A DNA stretch of 64,000 nt from Cycas panzhihuaensis (lineage: Eukaryota; Plantae; Cycadophyta), in contig CM041465.1 in assembly GCA_023213395.1 (NCBI GenBank), forward strand, positions 205,475,741 to 205,539,740, read 5' to 3'. Every line of letters begins with the position of its first letter. Position 1 is the stretch's first letter. This document shows, piece by piece, positions 49,101 to 62,600 of the stretch. The notes under the pieces are model-generated. The model was not told the origin of the DNA, did no database searches, and worked only from the letters and a program-made list of their open reading frames with translations. The position numbers and the translations under genes were made by a program.

Positions 49101-51330
49101 AGAAGTGGAAGAGGGCTATGTAGGAAGAGATAGATGCTTTGAAGAAAAATAATTCATGGGACTTGGTAGAACTTCCACATGGCAGGAAGAATGTTGGTTG
49201 CAGGTGGATTTTCAAGAAGAAAATAGATGTTGATGGAAAGGTTGACAAATATAGGGAAAGACTGGTGGCTAAAGGTTTTGCGCAGAAAGCAGGTATTGAT
49301 TTTCATGAGATCTTTTCACTAGTTGTGAAACTTGTTTCAATTCGAGTTCTATTAGCATTGGTAGCTTCTCTTGATTTGGAATTAGAGCAGTTAGATATAA
49401 AAATAGCTTTTTTACATGGAATTTAGATGAGGAGATATATATAGATCAATCAGAAGGGTTTGTACAGGATGGCAAGAAAAAACTTATTTGCAGGCTCATG
49501 AAATCATTGTATGGCTTGAAGCAATCACCCTAGCAATGGTACAATAAGTTTGATGCCTTTATAGAGAGCTAAAACTTCAAAAGAATTGAGTATGATCATT
49601 GTGTTTACTTTAAATTCTTAGACGATGACTTATTTATTATCTTGGTATTACATGTTGATATGCTAGTTGCAAGCAAGAGCATGGCAAAAATCAACAAGTT
49701 AAAGGCTCAATTGGCTAGGACTTTTGATATGAAGGATCTAAGAGCTACAAAATAAATCTTAGGTATAGAGATATATAGAGACAGAAAAAATGGTAAGCTA
49801 TAGTTATCATAGCAGAAATATGTGGAGAAGGTGCTAACCAGGTTTGGTATGGCAAATGTGAAATCAGTGAGTATCCCATTGACTTTCCATTTTAAGCTTT
49901 CTTTGAGTATGAATCCTAGTAATAAAGAAGAAAAGGATTATATGTCTCATGTACCTTATGCCAGTGCAGTAGAAAGTTTGATGTATGCCATGGTATGTAT
50001 AAGGCCTAACATTTCACATGCAGTCGGTGTAGTTAGCAGGTTTATGGAAAATCCAAGAAAGGAATATTAGGCAGCAATGAAATGGGTGCTTTAGTATTTG
50101 AGAGGCACAAGTGACTGTTGCATCACCTTTAGAGGTACAAGTAATCAGGTTTGTGGATATATTGATTCAAACTTTGCAGGAGATTTAGACAAGAGAAGGT
50201 CTACTTTGGGTTATGTATTTACTCTTGCAAATGGTTCGGTTAGTTGGATGTCAAAATTGCATAGCGCAATTGCATTATCAACTACAGAAATAGACTATGT
50301 TGCTATAGCACATGCTTATAAAGAAGCAATCTGGTTGTAGGGTCTATTGGTTGAACTTGGAAGGAAACATGAAAAGGTAATGGTATTTTGTAACAGTCAA
50401 AGTACTATTTACTTAGCAAAGAATCTAACTTATCATAGTAGGACAAAGCATATTGCTCTTAAGTACCATTTTGTTAAACAGGTTGTGGAAGTAGGTGGAG
50501 TGGCACTTGAGAAGGTTAACACCAAACAGAATTATGCTAACATGTTCACAAAACCACTATTATTGGAGAAGTTCAAATGGTGTTTGACTTCTCTTGGATT
50601 GCAGAAAAGGTAATGAATGATCTAAGAAAAATATTAGGTAAATTGTTGTCAAGGTGGAGATTGTTAAATAATGTGACAACAATGTTTTAGAGGCTAAAAT
50701 TTTGACAAATTGGCAATGTGATTTCTCCCCAAACTTCCTCTGGGGGATCCACGGGGGGTGGGAGCCCCCCTTGGCTAGGAGGTGTGGGAGGAGCCTGAAC
50801 CACCCCACTCCCTCCATGGCAAATAGGGGGTTTGGGGGCGATAGCCCTTGATCCAAAAAACTAGCACTAAAAAACATACTAAATTGTAAAGAGAATCAAG
50901 GTCGTTCGCTTAAAATACCCTAAATTTTATGGTCGAGATTTGTACCTTGTATGACTCTCTCATATAGTCCAATTTAGATTGTTTTTTTATTATGTTGATG
51001 GTGTTTTGATGTATTGGATATGCTATGAGGAGTTGGGCGGTTGGTTGTTGTTGCTATGAGCATCTTACTGCAGATTATGTGTATTTCTCCCTTCTTTGAT
51101 AATAGAGATCGATACCTTTCTTGTGTGGATATTTTTCTAGCACACTACTAAGGTTTTACCATGTTATATCAGGTGTATATGTGATGCTTTGGTTTTCTAA
51201 TTTATTTATTATATTACCTCTGGTTTAAGAACTTACATGTTAAATTTCAGTTTTGATTCTTGTAACTAGTTACAAAATAGTTTAGATTTTGGTGGCAGTT
51301 TCTAGTTATTGGGAGCTAGTTTATTCAACA
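46170..51330 (+). mobile_element. Ty1/copia Tork (Tnt1-like) retrotransposon nested in the gypsy leader
   Basis: LTRs 46170-46695 (truncated) and 50662-51330 (TGTT...AACA); TSD tgacc/tggcc; PPT AAGGTGGAGAT at 50651-50661. Gag DVLVQQGL...LYMTKS; PR WLLDSSASHHM; INT; RT; RNase H (YHSRTKHI). Many stops. Confidence 0.93.
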
Positions 51331-51380
51331 TGGCCTAGTCCCCTCTTAGTGGATGTAGCGTACGTAGGCAACAGAACCAA

Positions 51381-52280
51381 TGTTGACTTATATATCCCCC
51401 TATTGATATATTCACTTGTCAAGGGATACAGGTTGATAGTTTAGTTAGGATGAAGTCAACATGTTTGCATTTCCATTCATTATTATCAAAATCACTTTAT
51501 ATATAACACAATATGAATAAGCCATCATATTATCATCATTATTCCATCACAACGGTACACAAACCATCATGCATCCTTTATATAATCATTATAATACACA
51601 GCACATAATATTCTACATAAGTCTTCATTTGATTAAGCAATATCACCAATACATTCAGTTTTGGAGCGTATCTTGCATACGTTCCAACAACATTCACAAT
51701 TTGTTGTTACATACGTTCTGAAATGGAATACAATAAAGAATGGTACTTCTTATGCACTAGATTAAATATCCATGAATGCATAACTCCATTCTCACCCTTG
51801 AAAATCTATCATAAGACTCAATGGATCAACTCTCACTGGTGGAATGGTGAGAAAAGTATCATTAAATACCCATCTTTGGTGTCATTTGGGTGAATGGTTA
51901 TGAACCATGGTCATAACTATTCCTTTCTATAACAAACATACCCTTTCACTTAACACATGATTATCATCACTAATCAATGTCTTCTCTATTCATACATCTG
52001 AAATACATTCATCCTTATTGACATCATTAATTCTGAGTACATTTGGGTCTATAATGGTCATGCATACCATACAGGTTAGTTTGTGTATATTTGGTACATT
52101 CTTGTCTGCTAACATATTTGAAAGGTATGTATCCTATGTTACGTTTCATTGTATTCTTCTGTGCACACCTCTATATGATTTGCCAACTATGTGTACCTGC
52201 ATCCTCTAAGTCAGTACAAGCATGCATTCTTGATTTTCCATGGTTCAAGTGTCATGCATGCCAAAAATAATCCCCATCCA
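51381..52280 (-). repeat. 5' LTR of the gypsy element
   Basis: Matches 36383-37300; PBS adjacent at 51367-51379. Confidence 0.85.
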
Positions 52281-55200
52281 TTCTTTTCTTATATTTGGGA
52301 GCATGTGCATGACGTAAATGATAGTATCTCACATGCAAGAGCATGCGTGAGTTATATCTGTTTTCTTTATTTTTGTTTTATTCTTTTCTTTAACACTTGT
52401 TTTTGTCACATTCAAGAGCATGCACATGTTATAAATGATAGTCTCTCACATGCAAGAGCATGCATGTGTTGTATCTACTATCTTTATTCCTATTTTATCC
52501 TTTTCTTTCATACTCTCGTTATTTATGAGAGGAGATCTTACTCTCTTAGAATTATTATGAAAGAATTCATTTGTGAGTCTTTGTGCATCATTATGAGTTT
52601 ATATATTTGCCTACCTTGGAGAATAGATTGGTGAGAATTCATTGTACACATTGTGATCTAATACAAGATTCTTTTATTCTTGTATGTTATTGTATAAATG
52701 TGTTCTTGTTTTGCTCGCATATTTTTGCTATTTTCACTCTAATTACCAACATGGTATTAGGGTCCATGGTCAATTTTATGAGAAATTTTTTAGTCTAATC
52801 ATATTTTTCTACTTGTTAGTGTGATATTTTTGCAGTGAGTATCTCCATTATTGATTTGATTAGCCTTTAAGCAAACACACTAGTGAAAAAGGTGTTGGTT
52901 CTATTGTAGGGCCATTTTTTGCCACAATGGGCACTTTGAATATCTTGTTTTCGTAGGATTTTTACTTGTGGGTTTGCCCTTAGTAGGTTTGAGACTCATT
53001 TGGCACTAATCTTAGTCTTCAAATCAAAAAATCTTGGTGCAAAACCATCTTAGTAAGTTGGAGAAAGGGGGTAGCCTTATAAAACCCCTTTTCAAGCTTT
53101 AAACAATAAAAAATTTCTCATTTCTTCATAGAAATCTTTTGTGGCTACTTGGATTTGCTATATATCAGTTTTATTTAACTAACTAATGCAAAAAAATCTC
53201 TTAAAAAATGATCATGTGAATATCACGATTGAATTCAACCATGTTTGGTTGACAGTTGCAACAAAAAATTCATGGCATTTAAAATCTATTTTGATATATT
53301 CACTTTAAGTTTTTATTTCACTAATGTTTAGAGAAATTAAAGTAAATTTTTATTTGTTTAAAGTCTGCCCTTTATTTTTTAAGCTATTGATCACATGCAT
53401 TAAGGGTCTAAAGACTCTAGAAAGGGGCTAAACTTTATTTTTTAGTTGTTTGTTGTTCATTTTGAATAGTTTTGTTTTTAACATCTTATTACTATTATTT
53501 TTTCATTTTTGTAGTTAAAATTTTTAATGAGAGCTTGTGGCCACTGAATTTTTAAAATAAACTCATGCTTGCAGTCTTAATCATGTGAGTTAATTCTTAA
53601 AACGTCTGGTGTTAATATTGTTGGTTATATTCTATTAGATACATACAAAATAAACAACAAAAATTATGTAATATAGAAATTTAAAATTTTTAATATTTTA
53701 GTTCTTAAGAAATTAATGAAGATTGTTGAAGGAAAAGAATCAAAGCTAGTTGTGATTTCCACTTAGGCCACAAGTGATACCATAACATCTACTTCAATGG
53801 TAATAGATAAAGATGTTGAAGATTGGGAGGATTGTGATTATGAGACATTAACAATTATTGGGCTCCTAATTGTTGTTGATCTCATCACACATCTATAAGG
53901 TAAGAGTAGATCAAGGGATGCGTGGTAGACTCTATAGGACCTATATGAGAACAAAAATGAGACGAGTGTTATACTTAAGAAATCTACTTTATTCTAATAA
54001 AATGATTGTAGATGACTTTATCTCCTATCTTTTGTAAAAATTAAAGGAGATCAGAAATTAATTAATTGTAATAGGAGGGAAAAAAAAAGGATAAAGAGTT
54101 TGTGAGCATCACACTTAATAGTATGCATGAAGGTTATGGCATTTTTGTAACCAATTTATGTTTGACTTAGAGAGCACAACCACTTACATTTGAGGAGTTA
54201 ACTAGACTTCTCTTACATAAAGAGTAGTGCATAGGAGGTTACATTAATAGCATCAATTATCATAGCATAAATATCTTAACTCACAAAAAAACTTTATGTA
54301 AATACTCCTAAACAAACTTTGCCATCTTCTCATAGAGCAAATCTATAAAGAATGTCGTGCACTTATTGTAATAAGAAATGTCACCATTAGAAGAATTGTT
54401 AAAAAAAGAAAGCAAATAAGAAAGTTGGCAAAACTATCACTTTATCTATTGATGATGGTAAAGTCTGTGTTCAATTTTACATATGGCATGGATGATCTTT
54501 GGTACATTAATTTTGGTGTTTCAAATCACATTACTTTTCACAAAGATTGGTTTAGTGAACTTAAAGGAGGTCAGAATCAAACCATTGTTCTTGGTAATAA
54601 TGGTCAACATAAAGCAATAAGGCAAGACACAATTATTCTCAATTAACTTGGTCATATGATCAAAATTTCTAATGTGCTTTATGTATTATTATTTAAGCAT
54701 AATTTATTTTCTGTAAGTCATATAACTAAATAAAACTTGAATGTTAAGTTTGACGACACCAAGTGTGTCATAAAGAATGATGATTTTGTAATCGATTAAG
54801 GAGTTGAAGAGAATGGTTTGTATAAATTCTTTAGCACATCTAAGCATGGTTTTGTTGTAAATTCATTTAATGCTTTATGGCATCACCACTTTAGTCATTT
54901 GAACTATCATAGTTTTTAATTGTTAAATAAGCTAAAAATATTACATGATATTTCTTTAATTTGGAAATGTGATAAAATTTATAGTGCATGTGCATTAGGG
55001 AAGCAACATAGGGAGAAATTTATCAAGTCCAAATGGTGGGCTAAGGACAAATTGGAGTTGATTCATTCCAACTTATGTGAACTAATTATGTCAATTTCAC
55101 TTGGAGGCACAAAACAATTCATAAACTTCATTGACAATTTCTTAAAGAAGGCTTGGGTCTATCTTATGAAAAACAAGTCCGAAGCACTAATAAAATTTAA

Positions 55201-55760
55201 AGAGTTCAAGGTTGAAGTAGAAAATTTCTCTAGGAAGAAGATCAAAATTCTAAAGAGTGATAGTGAAGGTAAGTACCTATCAACTAAATTCACTACTTTC
55301 TGCAAGAATCATGGCATTTGATAGGGAGCGACATCTTATACACCATAATAGAATGACATATCTGAAAAGAAAAATCACACAATTGTTAAGATCTCTAGAT
55401 GTATACTCAAAGACAAAGATGTCTCAAAGTGTTTTTGGGGTGAAACTATAAATACAAGTATGTACCTATTGAATAAAAGTTCAATAAAAGTTGTTCGAAA
55501 CATAACTCTTAAAGAAGTAGATAAAAGACCCTTAGCTTACAATTTTTGAATATTTAGATGTATTACTTTTGTATGTATGTTTGATGTAAAGAGACACAAA
55601 CTTGATGACAAAAGTTATAGGTGCATTTTTATCAAGTATAGTGAGTCATTCAAAGTTTATAGAGTCTAGGATCCTTCGAAGAGGAAGATTGTAATAAGTA
55701 GGGATGTTTTGTTTGATGAGTTTGATAAAGAAATTATTCCCATTGTAAATACTAATGCTA
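52281..55760 (+). mobile_element. Ty1/copia remnant (partial LTR, PBS, gag-PR-INT), 3'-truncated
   Basis: LTR end accaaca plus decayed PBS tggtattagggt at 52752; internal LTR duplication ~52298-52510; knuckle CTYCNKKCHH*KNC; PR WYINFGVSNHI; INT LIHSNLC...FIDNF...SDSEGKY; no RT seen. Confidence 0.8.
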
Positions 55761-56466
55761 AAGACATGTTTGGATAATATTCGTATTGGGGTTATTTTTA
55801 AATATTATATTATTATATTGTGGTGATATTTTTTCTAGCATTTGTTAATGGAAGATAGCGATGGACCAAGGTGTCTCAATGTACTCTTATTCTTGCCTAT
55901 TTATCTGTGGGGTTTGAAGACCCTGATGTTTATCAACACCACCCACATGTCAGATCTATTTAACTCTTTTTGCTTTTGTCTTGTCCTGTATGTTTTCTAC
56001 TCATAATAATCTTCATTCAGAGCCAAGTTAGGTGATTGAGACAGTTTATTGTTTATTTTTGGGCCTACTTATTATGATGTGCCTAAGTCTATACTATTGA
56101 TATCATTTGAACGAATCCTATCACGCTCGTGATTTCAAGCCTTTTGTTTTTTTTGTAAATGATTTGTCTCATGTTTTTTCCCCCTTTGTCCAACTAGTTT
56201 CTAATGTAGCAATTATGCCCTCAAGCATATGGCATTTATATTATGGCCTTTGTCCAAGCATATTTGTGCCCTTACATGACCTATTTACACGGTGGTGAAT
56301 AGTTGTATTAGTGTCTACTATATTATTATTATTTGAATCTCATATTTGTGTTATTTGCCTAGTTTGTGATCCACATCTAAGTACTCAGTGTATGTGTGGT
56401 TGTGTCAAGTTGTAGTTATTGGGAATACGTCTATATGCATGGTGTGTTTCGTCTGTTTGTGTTTGG

Positions 56467-56550
56467 AGATATTAGAGTCATGGTGGTTTGTTTGACATAC
56501 AAGACTCTAGATATTAGAGTCATGGTCGTTTGTTTGACATACAAGACTCT
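56467..56550. repeat. 42-bp tandem duplication
   Basis: agatattagagtcatggt(g/c)gtttgtttgacatacaagactct twice, with one mismatch. Confidence 0.9.
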
Positions 56551-57317
56551 ATCTGGTTCGTTTGACTAACATAATTGCGTCTCAAGTCTTGGGTGCATCC
56601 AATGTATATCGATACTTGATATACGTTCACAAAAAAGGTTTAGACCCAGTCCCGTTTGGTTTGTATTGTCTTTAGTTCATATCATCCTCTACATCATCTT
56701 TCGTGATGGGATCTATTTACACTTATCTAGCAGATTAGTAAATTAGGTTTAGATTTATTAATATAGTCTATTTGAAGTCTGCATTTGTAAATAATGGTCA
56801 TGTGTTATTAATGGTCTTCTCAGTGTTGAAATGGTAATTAAAGGTCTTTATGGGGATTGTTCCTTCCATGTCATTTACATCTGACATGTATGCATTATGT
56901 TCATGTTTTAAATTAACCTCCTTATATTGTTTAAGGCATAACTTTACCATAAAGTATTAGATTTAAAGTGTTGTTTGAAGTATTGGATTCATATTTTAAT
57001 TTTCTACAAAATGAATATTGCTTGGGTTTTTTTAAAATTATTTGATGTATTGTTTTAATGTTTAAAGTTATTACAACTTTGTGGGCTTCTTGCGAGTTGA
57101 CCCTATAAACAAACATATCATAAACTTCACTTTGTAATCACAAATTAATACAAAAAAAAATTATCTTAGAGGAGGTTGAGTTGCAATTAGGACACTTATG
57201 CATGTCCCGAAGTTAAAGGAGAATAATTTGGCTTATGTTTGAGTGTTCTTTGCTCTTGTTTAGTGCATTTGTCCTTCATCAAAGCACTCTTTATTTTTCA
57301 AAACATTTTATTTTGTT

Positions 57318-58165
57318 ATGGCTTCTAGCACGAGTAATGTAATGGTACCTAAGTTTGATGGTACTAATTTTTTAAAATTAAAGTCGTATAATGAAATTTA
57401 TCTTTGTATTAAAAAACATGTGGGATTTAATTATAAATGGATATGGTACACCTAATTTTAATGCTATTACAAATGAGAAGAATACTTTCAAGAAGAACAA
57501 AAATAAAAACAATGAAATTTTGGCGTTCATCTTTTTGTGTTTTAGAGGGCTATATCTTTCTAAGAGTAAATGAGGTGTTTATATTAAAGGAGGCATATAA
57601 TACTTTAAAGACCACCTATAAAGGAGTTATTATGCCAAAACTTCAAATATTAAGAATTAGATTTTAAAATTATTAAAACAATAACAATGAGGGGATCAAT
57701 GACTTCATAACCAAGATACAAGGCTTAGTTAAGCAAATAAGAGTCTTAAGAGAAGTTATTAGTGAACAAAGGGTGGTAGAAAAGATTCTAAGGAGTGTTA
57801 ATGCCATTAAGATGTTTGAGATGGTAGCCACAAGTATTGAAGTCTTCAAATACCTTACAACACTTAAGGTTAATCAATTTAATACCATGCTATTAAGTGT
57901 TGAAGAGAAGAAAGGTAGTAGTGAATCCTTAAAACATGCATTTGCCACTAAGGCAAAAGTTAGGCCATCCTATAAAGAGCAAAGTTTTAGGAGAAGAGTT
58001 CAATATCCTAGAGGAACATGTCAAAATTTTAGAAACCAAGGACAATTTCACCAAGGGCAATGTTATCAAAGTCAAGGGCAATTCCATCAAGGATAAGGAC
58101 ATTTCTATTAGGGTCATGCATATGAAAATCAAGGCCAATTTAATTAAGAGCAAGGATAAGGTTTG
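57318..58165 (+). pseudogene. Degenerate Ty1/copia gag fragment
   Basis: MASSTSNVMVPKFDGTNF...MWDLIINGY...KLQILRIRF...VVEKILRSV, followed by QGQ repeats; truncated. Confidence 0.75.
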
Positions 58166-58169
58166 GGAC

Positions 58170-59641
58170 CTCAAAATTATTGAAAATAAAATAGGAAAAA
58201 GAGAAGTCTTCTTCATTCTTGATGGGTGAGAGTTTCTCTCTCATATAAATACATTAAGGTTACAAGAGAGATCTAGTACATATATAACAAGTGTCACTTT
58301 ATGACAGAAGAGAGGTCATGACACATGACTCTTAATTATATATGAGTCCCCCAATGTAAAACAAGGATAGAACATTAATATTCTAACATTCTCCCTTAAT
58401 GTTTTATCCTTTGTTTTTCATTCCCAATAGATTTTTGAGATATTGAAACTTGTCATTTAGTAAGGATTTTATGAATATATCTGCAAGTTATTATTCATTA
58501 CTATAGTATTATGAATCTATTTCTTTACTCTTAACTTTTTCTTTAATAAAATAATGTACTTATATATGTTTTATTCTTGTATGAAAGACATAATTTTTTA
58601 TTAATTTGATAACACTTTAATTATAAAAAAAGATTAGGGTTACTTTAAAGTAATTTAAACCTAAATTTCTAAGAAGTTACCTTAACCACACTGCTTCATA
58701 GGATGCACTAACTACAACCTTGTATTTTATTTTTGCTGATGACAATGCCATAATTGTCTATTTTTTGCTACTATAAGATGTCACAGTTGATCTTAGATTG
58801 AAACAATATCCTACTGCAGACTTTCTCTCCTATCATTTACTTGCGTAATCTAAGTCACTATATCCAATCAATTCTAATTTGTTTATCTTAATATATTTCA
58901 ACACCAGATCCAATCTACATTTGATATATCTTAAAATTCTTTTAGTAGCATTCTAGTGGGTGATCTTAGGGGTATGCGTGTAATTAGAGACAATTTCTAT
59001 AGAAAATGATATGTCTAGTCTGATTGTTATTAAGTAAATGAGACTTTTAACTAACTGCCTATGAAGTATCTCATTTACTTATTGATTATCTTTATTAGTT
59101 GTCAGAACACATTCCATTATTATACGTGGGGCACTGAGATTATAATATTCCATATTGAATATTTTTAAGAAGATTCTTGGTATACTTTGAATGTGAGATA
59201 AAGATAGCATTTGTTACTTGATTTACTTCAATACCAAGATAGTAGTGAAGTGGGCCTATATCTGTCATCTTGAAATTGGTTTCCATCTGTGTTATCACAT
59301 ATTTAATTGTTTTATGTTTATTGTTTGAAACAATATCATCTGCATACATTAGTTATTGTAATCAAGTCATTTTCTTAATCTTTAATATAAAAACTTCGAT
59401 TAGATTCATACATATTAAATTATTTTTCTTTGAGATGATGATCTAATTTTGTGTATTAGGCTTGTGATACTTGCTTTAAGCCATATACTGCCTTTCTCAA
59501 TTTGTAGACAAATGTTTTTTTTTTTCTTTTTTTATATACCTTGGAGGTTACTCTATATAAATTTCTTCATCCATATTGCCATTTAAAAAGTTACTTTTTA
59601 CATGAAGTTGCACAATTTCCCATCTATGTTGTGCTACCATA
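58170..59641 (-). mobile_element. Ty1/copia 3' part (RT, RNase H, PPT, 3' LTR), interrupted by the LINE
   Basis: MYADDI...FKMTDIGPLHYYLGIEV; RNase H; PPT TAAGGGAGAA followed by TGTT at 58388 on the minus strand. Confidence 0.82.
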
Positions 59642-59642
59642 G

Positions 59643-62600
59643 TTTTTTTTTTTTTTTTTTTTTTTTTGATATGGTAAAAAATATTGAAGGGGTTTTTCCA
59701 GGTCCCCAAACCAAGTTACATCAGCTGCCTTCCAGCGAGAAAAAGAATGGCCATGACATGTCCATGGCCTAGCCCATTAAAGCACACACCACAAAACTTT
59801 TGCCTAATACATTTCTAAAGAATGACCTAACAGGTCCAGTCTGACTAGACTCAAAATCTCCTCCGAGAATTCCTCCTTCCATACCATATTTCTTTTGTTT
59901 GCCACTGCCCAATTTGCTAGTCAATCCGTCGCCGCATTTCCTTCCCTATACGTATGCCGAATCTGAATACTCTGCTTAGAGCTCAATACATCCTGAGCAT
60001 CCTTAATCATATCTAGATTGCTCCAGTCCACCTCTAACTCCCCCTTTAGGCCCCTAATCACATTCATAGAGTCCCCCTCTATTATCACTCTCTCATATCC
60101 ATCCTCATCCACCAATGCTATCGCCTTCTGCATAGCTCTTAATTCATCTTTGTGGTTTGTCTGGTGACCAAAATATTTCGCAAATGCCCAATAGACTTTT
60201 CCTTCATGATTCCTACATAAACCTCCCCCGCCTGCCTCGCCCGGGTTACCTTTGGCTACCCTATCGAAATTGACTTTAACCCAGGACTCGCTGGGCAAGA
60301 TCCAATGGCATGTCCTCCTTTCTGTTTCCCTACCACTCCATCTAGTTATTCCCCAGCCCATTAAGATACTCTCTTCTCCCTTAGGAATCCTATCCTCATC
60401 CATGGGCTTAAGCATTTCTAAGATATCCCCCTTAATCTTCCCCCAAAGTCTTTGCTCATCCATCCCTCTACCTTGGAAAATTCTTCTTTTACGCTCCTTC
60501 TATATATTCCATGTCCCCACCGGAAGCAATAGTTTCCAAAGCCTACCCAACATCTTACTCTTAAAGGGAGATTTCCACATTAACCACTGATTCTGTAGGG
60601 TCTTGGGGGATACCCATTCTATCCCGATATTAGACCAAAGGCCGGCCTATATGCCCCTAGAATAAGGACAATGGATAGTAATATGGTCTAGGGACTCAGC
60701 ATCCCCCTTGCATAACTCACATCTGTTTACCATGGAAAACTCCCGCTTTATGAGATTATCAATTGTAAGTATCTTGTTCTGTAGGCATAACCACCAAAAT
60801 ACAACTATCTTTGGTAATAAATTCAACTTCCATACCCCTTCCAATAGGTCCTTCTTTTCCACACCTTCTTCCCCAAGGAGCGAATTATAACTGTCTTTTA
60901 CAGTATATGACCCCGAGCAAGAAATTGCCCAAATCAAGATATCTGCTAGATCCCTCTTGGGAATATATTGGTGAATTAATTCGTACTTAAGGTTATGAAT
61001 CTCCTCCTCCATTCCCTATAATTATTCAAACATTCTCTAGTTCCTGTTTTTACCCTGCCTCTCCTAGTAGTTCTTGACTAACAAGCCATATACTTCCTCA
61101 CAAACCCTCTGTATGTTACCAATAGATGGAAAATCCTTCAGAGGTAGTTACCACACCATTTATCCTCCCAAAAACTAATACTTTCTCCATTCCCCAGCTT
61201 CCATCTTAGGCCATTGCTCAGGATGGGCCTTAAGGACATAAGGCCTTTCCAAATGGGGGATCCATTGACCCCCACCCCCACCTCATCTTTCAGAAAGTGC
61301 TTGCCCCCTAGATATTTCCTAGCCACAATGTTACCCCATTGCGTACCTTCCTCTTTTTCCAATCTCCATCCTAGTTTTGCTAAGAGGGCTTTGTTAAAGA
61401 GCCCCATCCTCCTAACATTAAGCCCCCTCGCCCATCTGGGCTTACATATCTTCTCCCATGAGACTAAGTGGATTATGTTCTTCTCCTTAGACCCAGACCA
61501 GAGAAATCTTTTTATGATGCCCTCTATTATTGAGATGATCTTACTTGGCATCTTAAATAGTGTCATTATATAAACTGGGATACTCTGAAGAGACACCACC
61601 ACAAGCTGAATTTTACCTACCAGGCTAAGTAGGGCCCTTTTCCATTCAGCCAACTTCCTCTGGAACCTACCCATGATGGGACTCCATAGGTCCTTGCTCA
61701 TATTACCCACAAAAAGAGGCATCCCCAAGTAGGTGGATGGAAGAGTCTTAATTGGAATCTCCAATACTCTACTGATTCTCCTTTGAAGACTCTCTGGGAT
61801 ATTAATGAAGAAGATAGAGCTTTTCTCCCAATTGATCTTTGATTGGAAGCTGCAGACCATCTTTCAAGGCCCTAGCCTCCCCTAGAGAGGCTTTGCCTAG
61901 AAAAATGTTATTGTCAACAAACTGGTGATGGACAATATTCTCCAGGTTAGAGGAGGGCCTTAGACCAGCCACCTATTCAACCCTCTTTGCTTCCTTAGTA
62001 GCCCTCCCTAAAATTTCTGCCATTATAATAAAGAGATAGGGAGACAGGGGATCTCCCTGCCTCAACCCCCTTAATCTAGAAAAGAAGGGGGACGATGAGC
62101 CATTTATTAACACAAAAAAAGAAGGGTTGGAAATACAACATCTCATCCAATCCCTCCAAACCTCCCCAAAACCAAAAGCCTTCAAACAGTCGAGGAGGCA
62201 GTCCCAGGCTACCCTGTTGTAGGCCTTGGACATATCAGTTTTCACTATCATGCCCGCTTCTTTTCTGTGGTAGGTCGAATGAAACGTCTCAAGGACAGTA
62301 ATTATGCTGTCTACGATCTATCTTCCCTTAACAAACCCATCCTGATTAGTAGAGATAATGAATGACAAACATTCCTTGAGGCAGTTTGGCAACAATTTTG
62401 CCAGGATTTTGTACTTAACATTACACAAACTTATTGGTCTAAAGTCCTCCATGACTTCCGCACCCACTTTTTTGGGAATCAGAACCAAAAAAGTGGATTG
62501 CCAATCTTTTAGAATTAGCTTTTTGTCGAAAAATTCGTTCATCGCCATAATTAAGTCATCTTTTATAATGTCCCAGTATTCCTGGTTGAACCCCGGGGAA

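Larger units (their letters stand above)
36383..52280 (-). mobile_element. Ty3/gypsy non-chromovirus (Athila-like) LTR retrotransposon, degenerate, containing a nested copia
   Basis: ~900-bp LTRs at 36383-~37300 and 51381-~52280, both starting TGTTGA; PBS TGGTTCTGTTGCC next to 51381. Gag ~45570-44200; PR (IVDGG...LLGQPWL) ~43740-43440; RT (KQRPYHMNP...DYRQLN...FSGYN...FLDDW) 41900-41050; RNase H ~40950-40500; INT ~40350-39200; extra ORF 38480-37698. Confidence 0.88.

Noticed and set aside
36378-52285. TSD for the gypsy element
   Set aside because: The left flank ggcag matches neither candidate right flank (atccc or ttctt), so the right LTR edge stays approximate.
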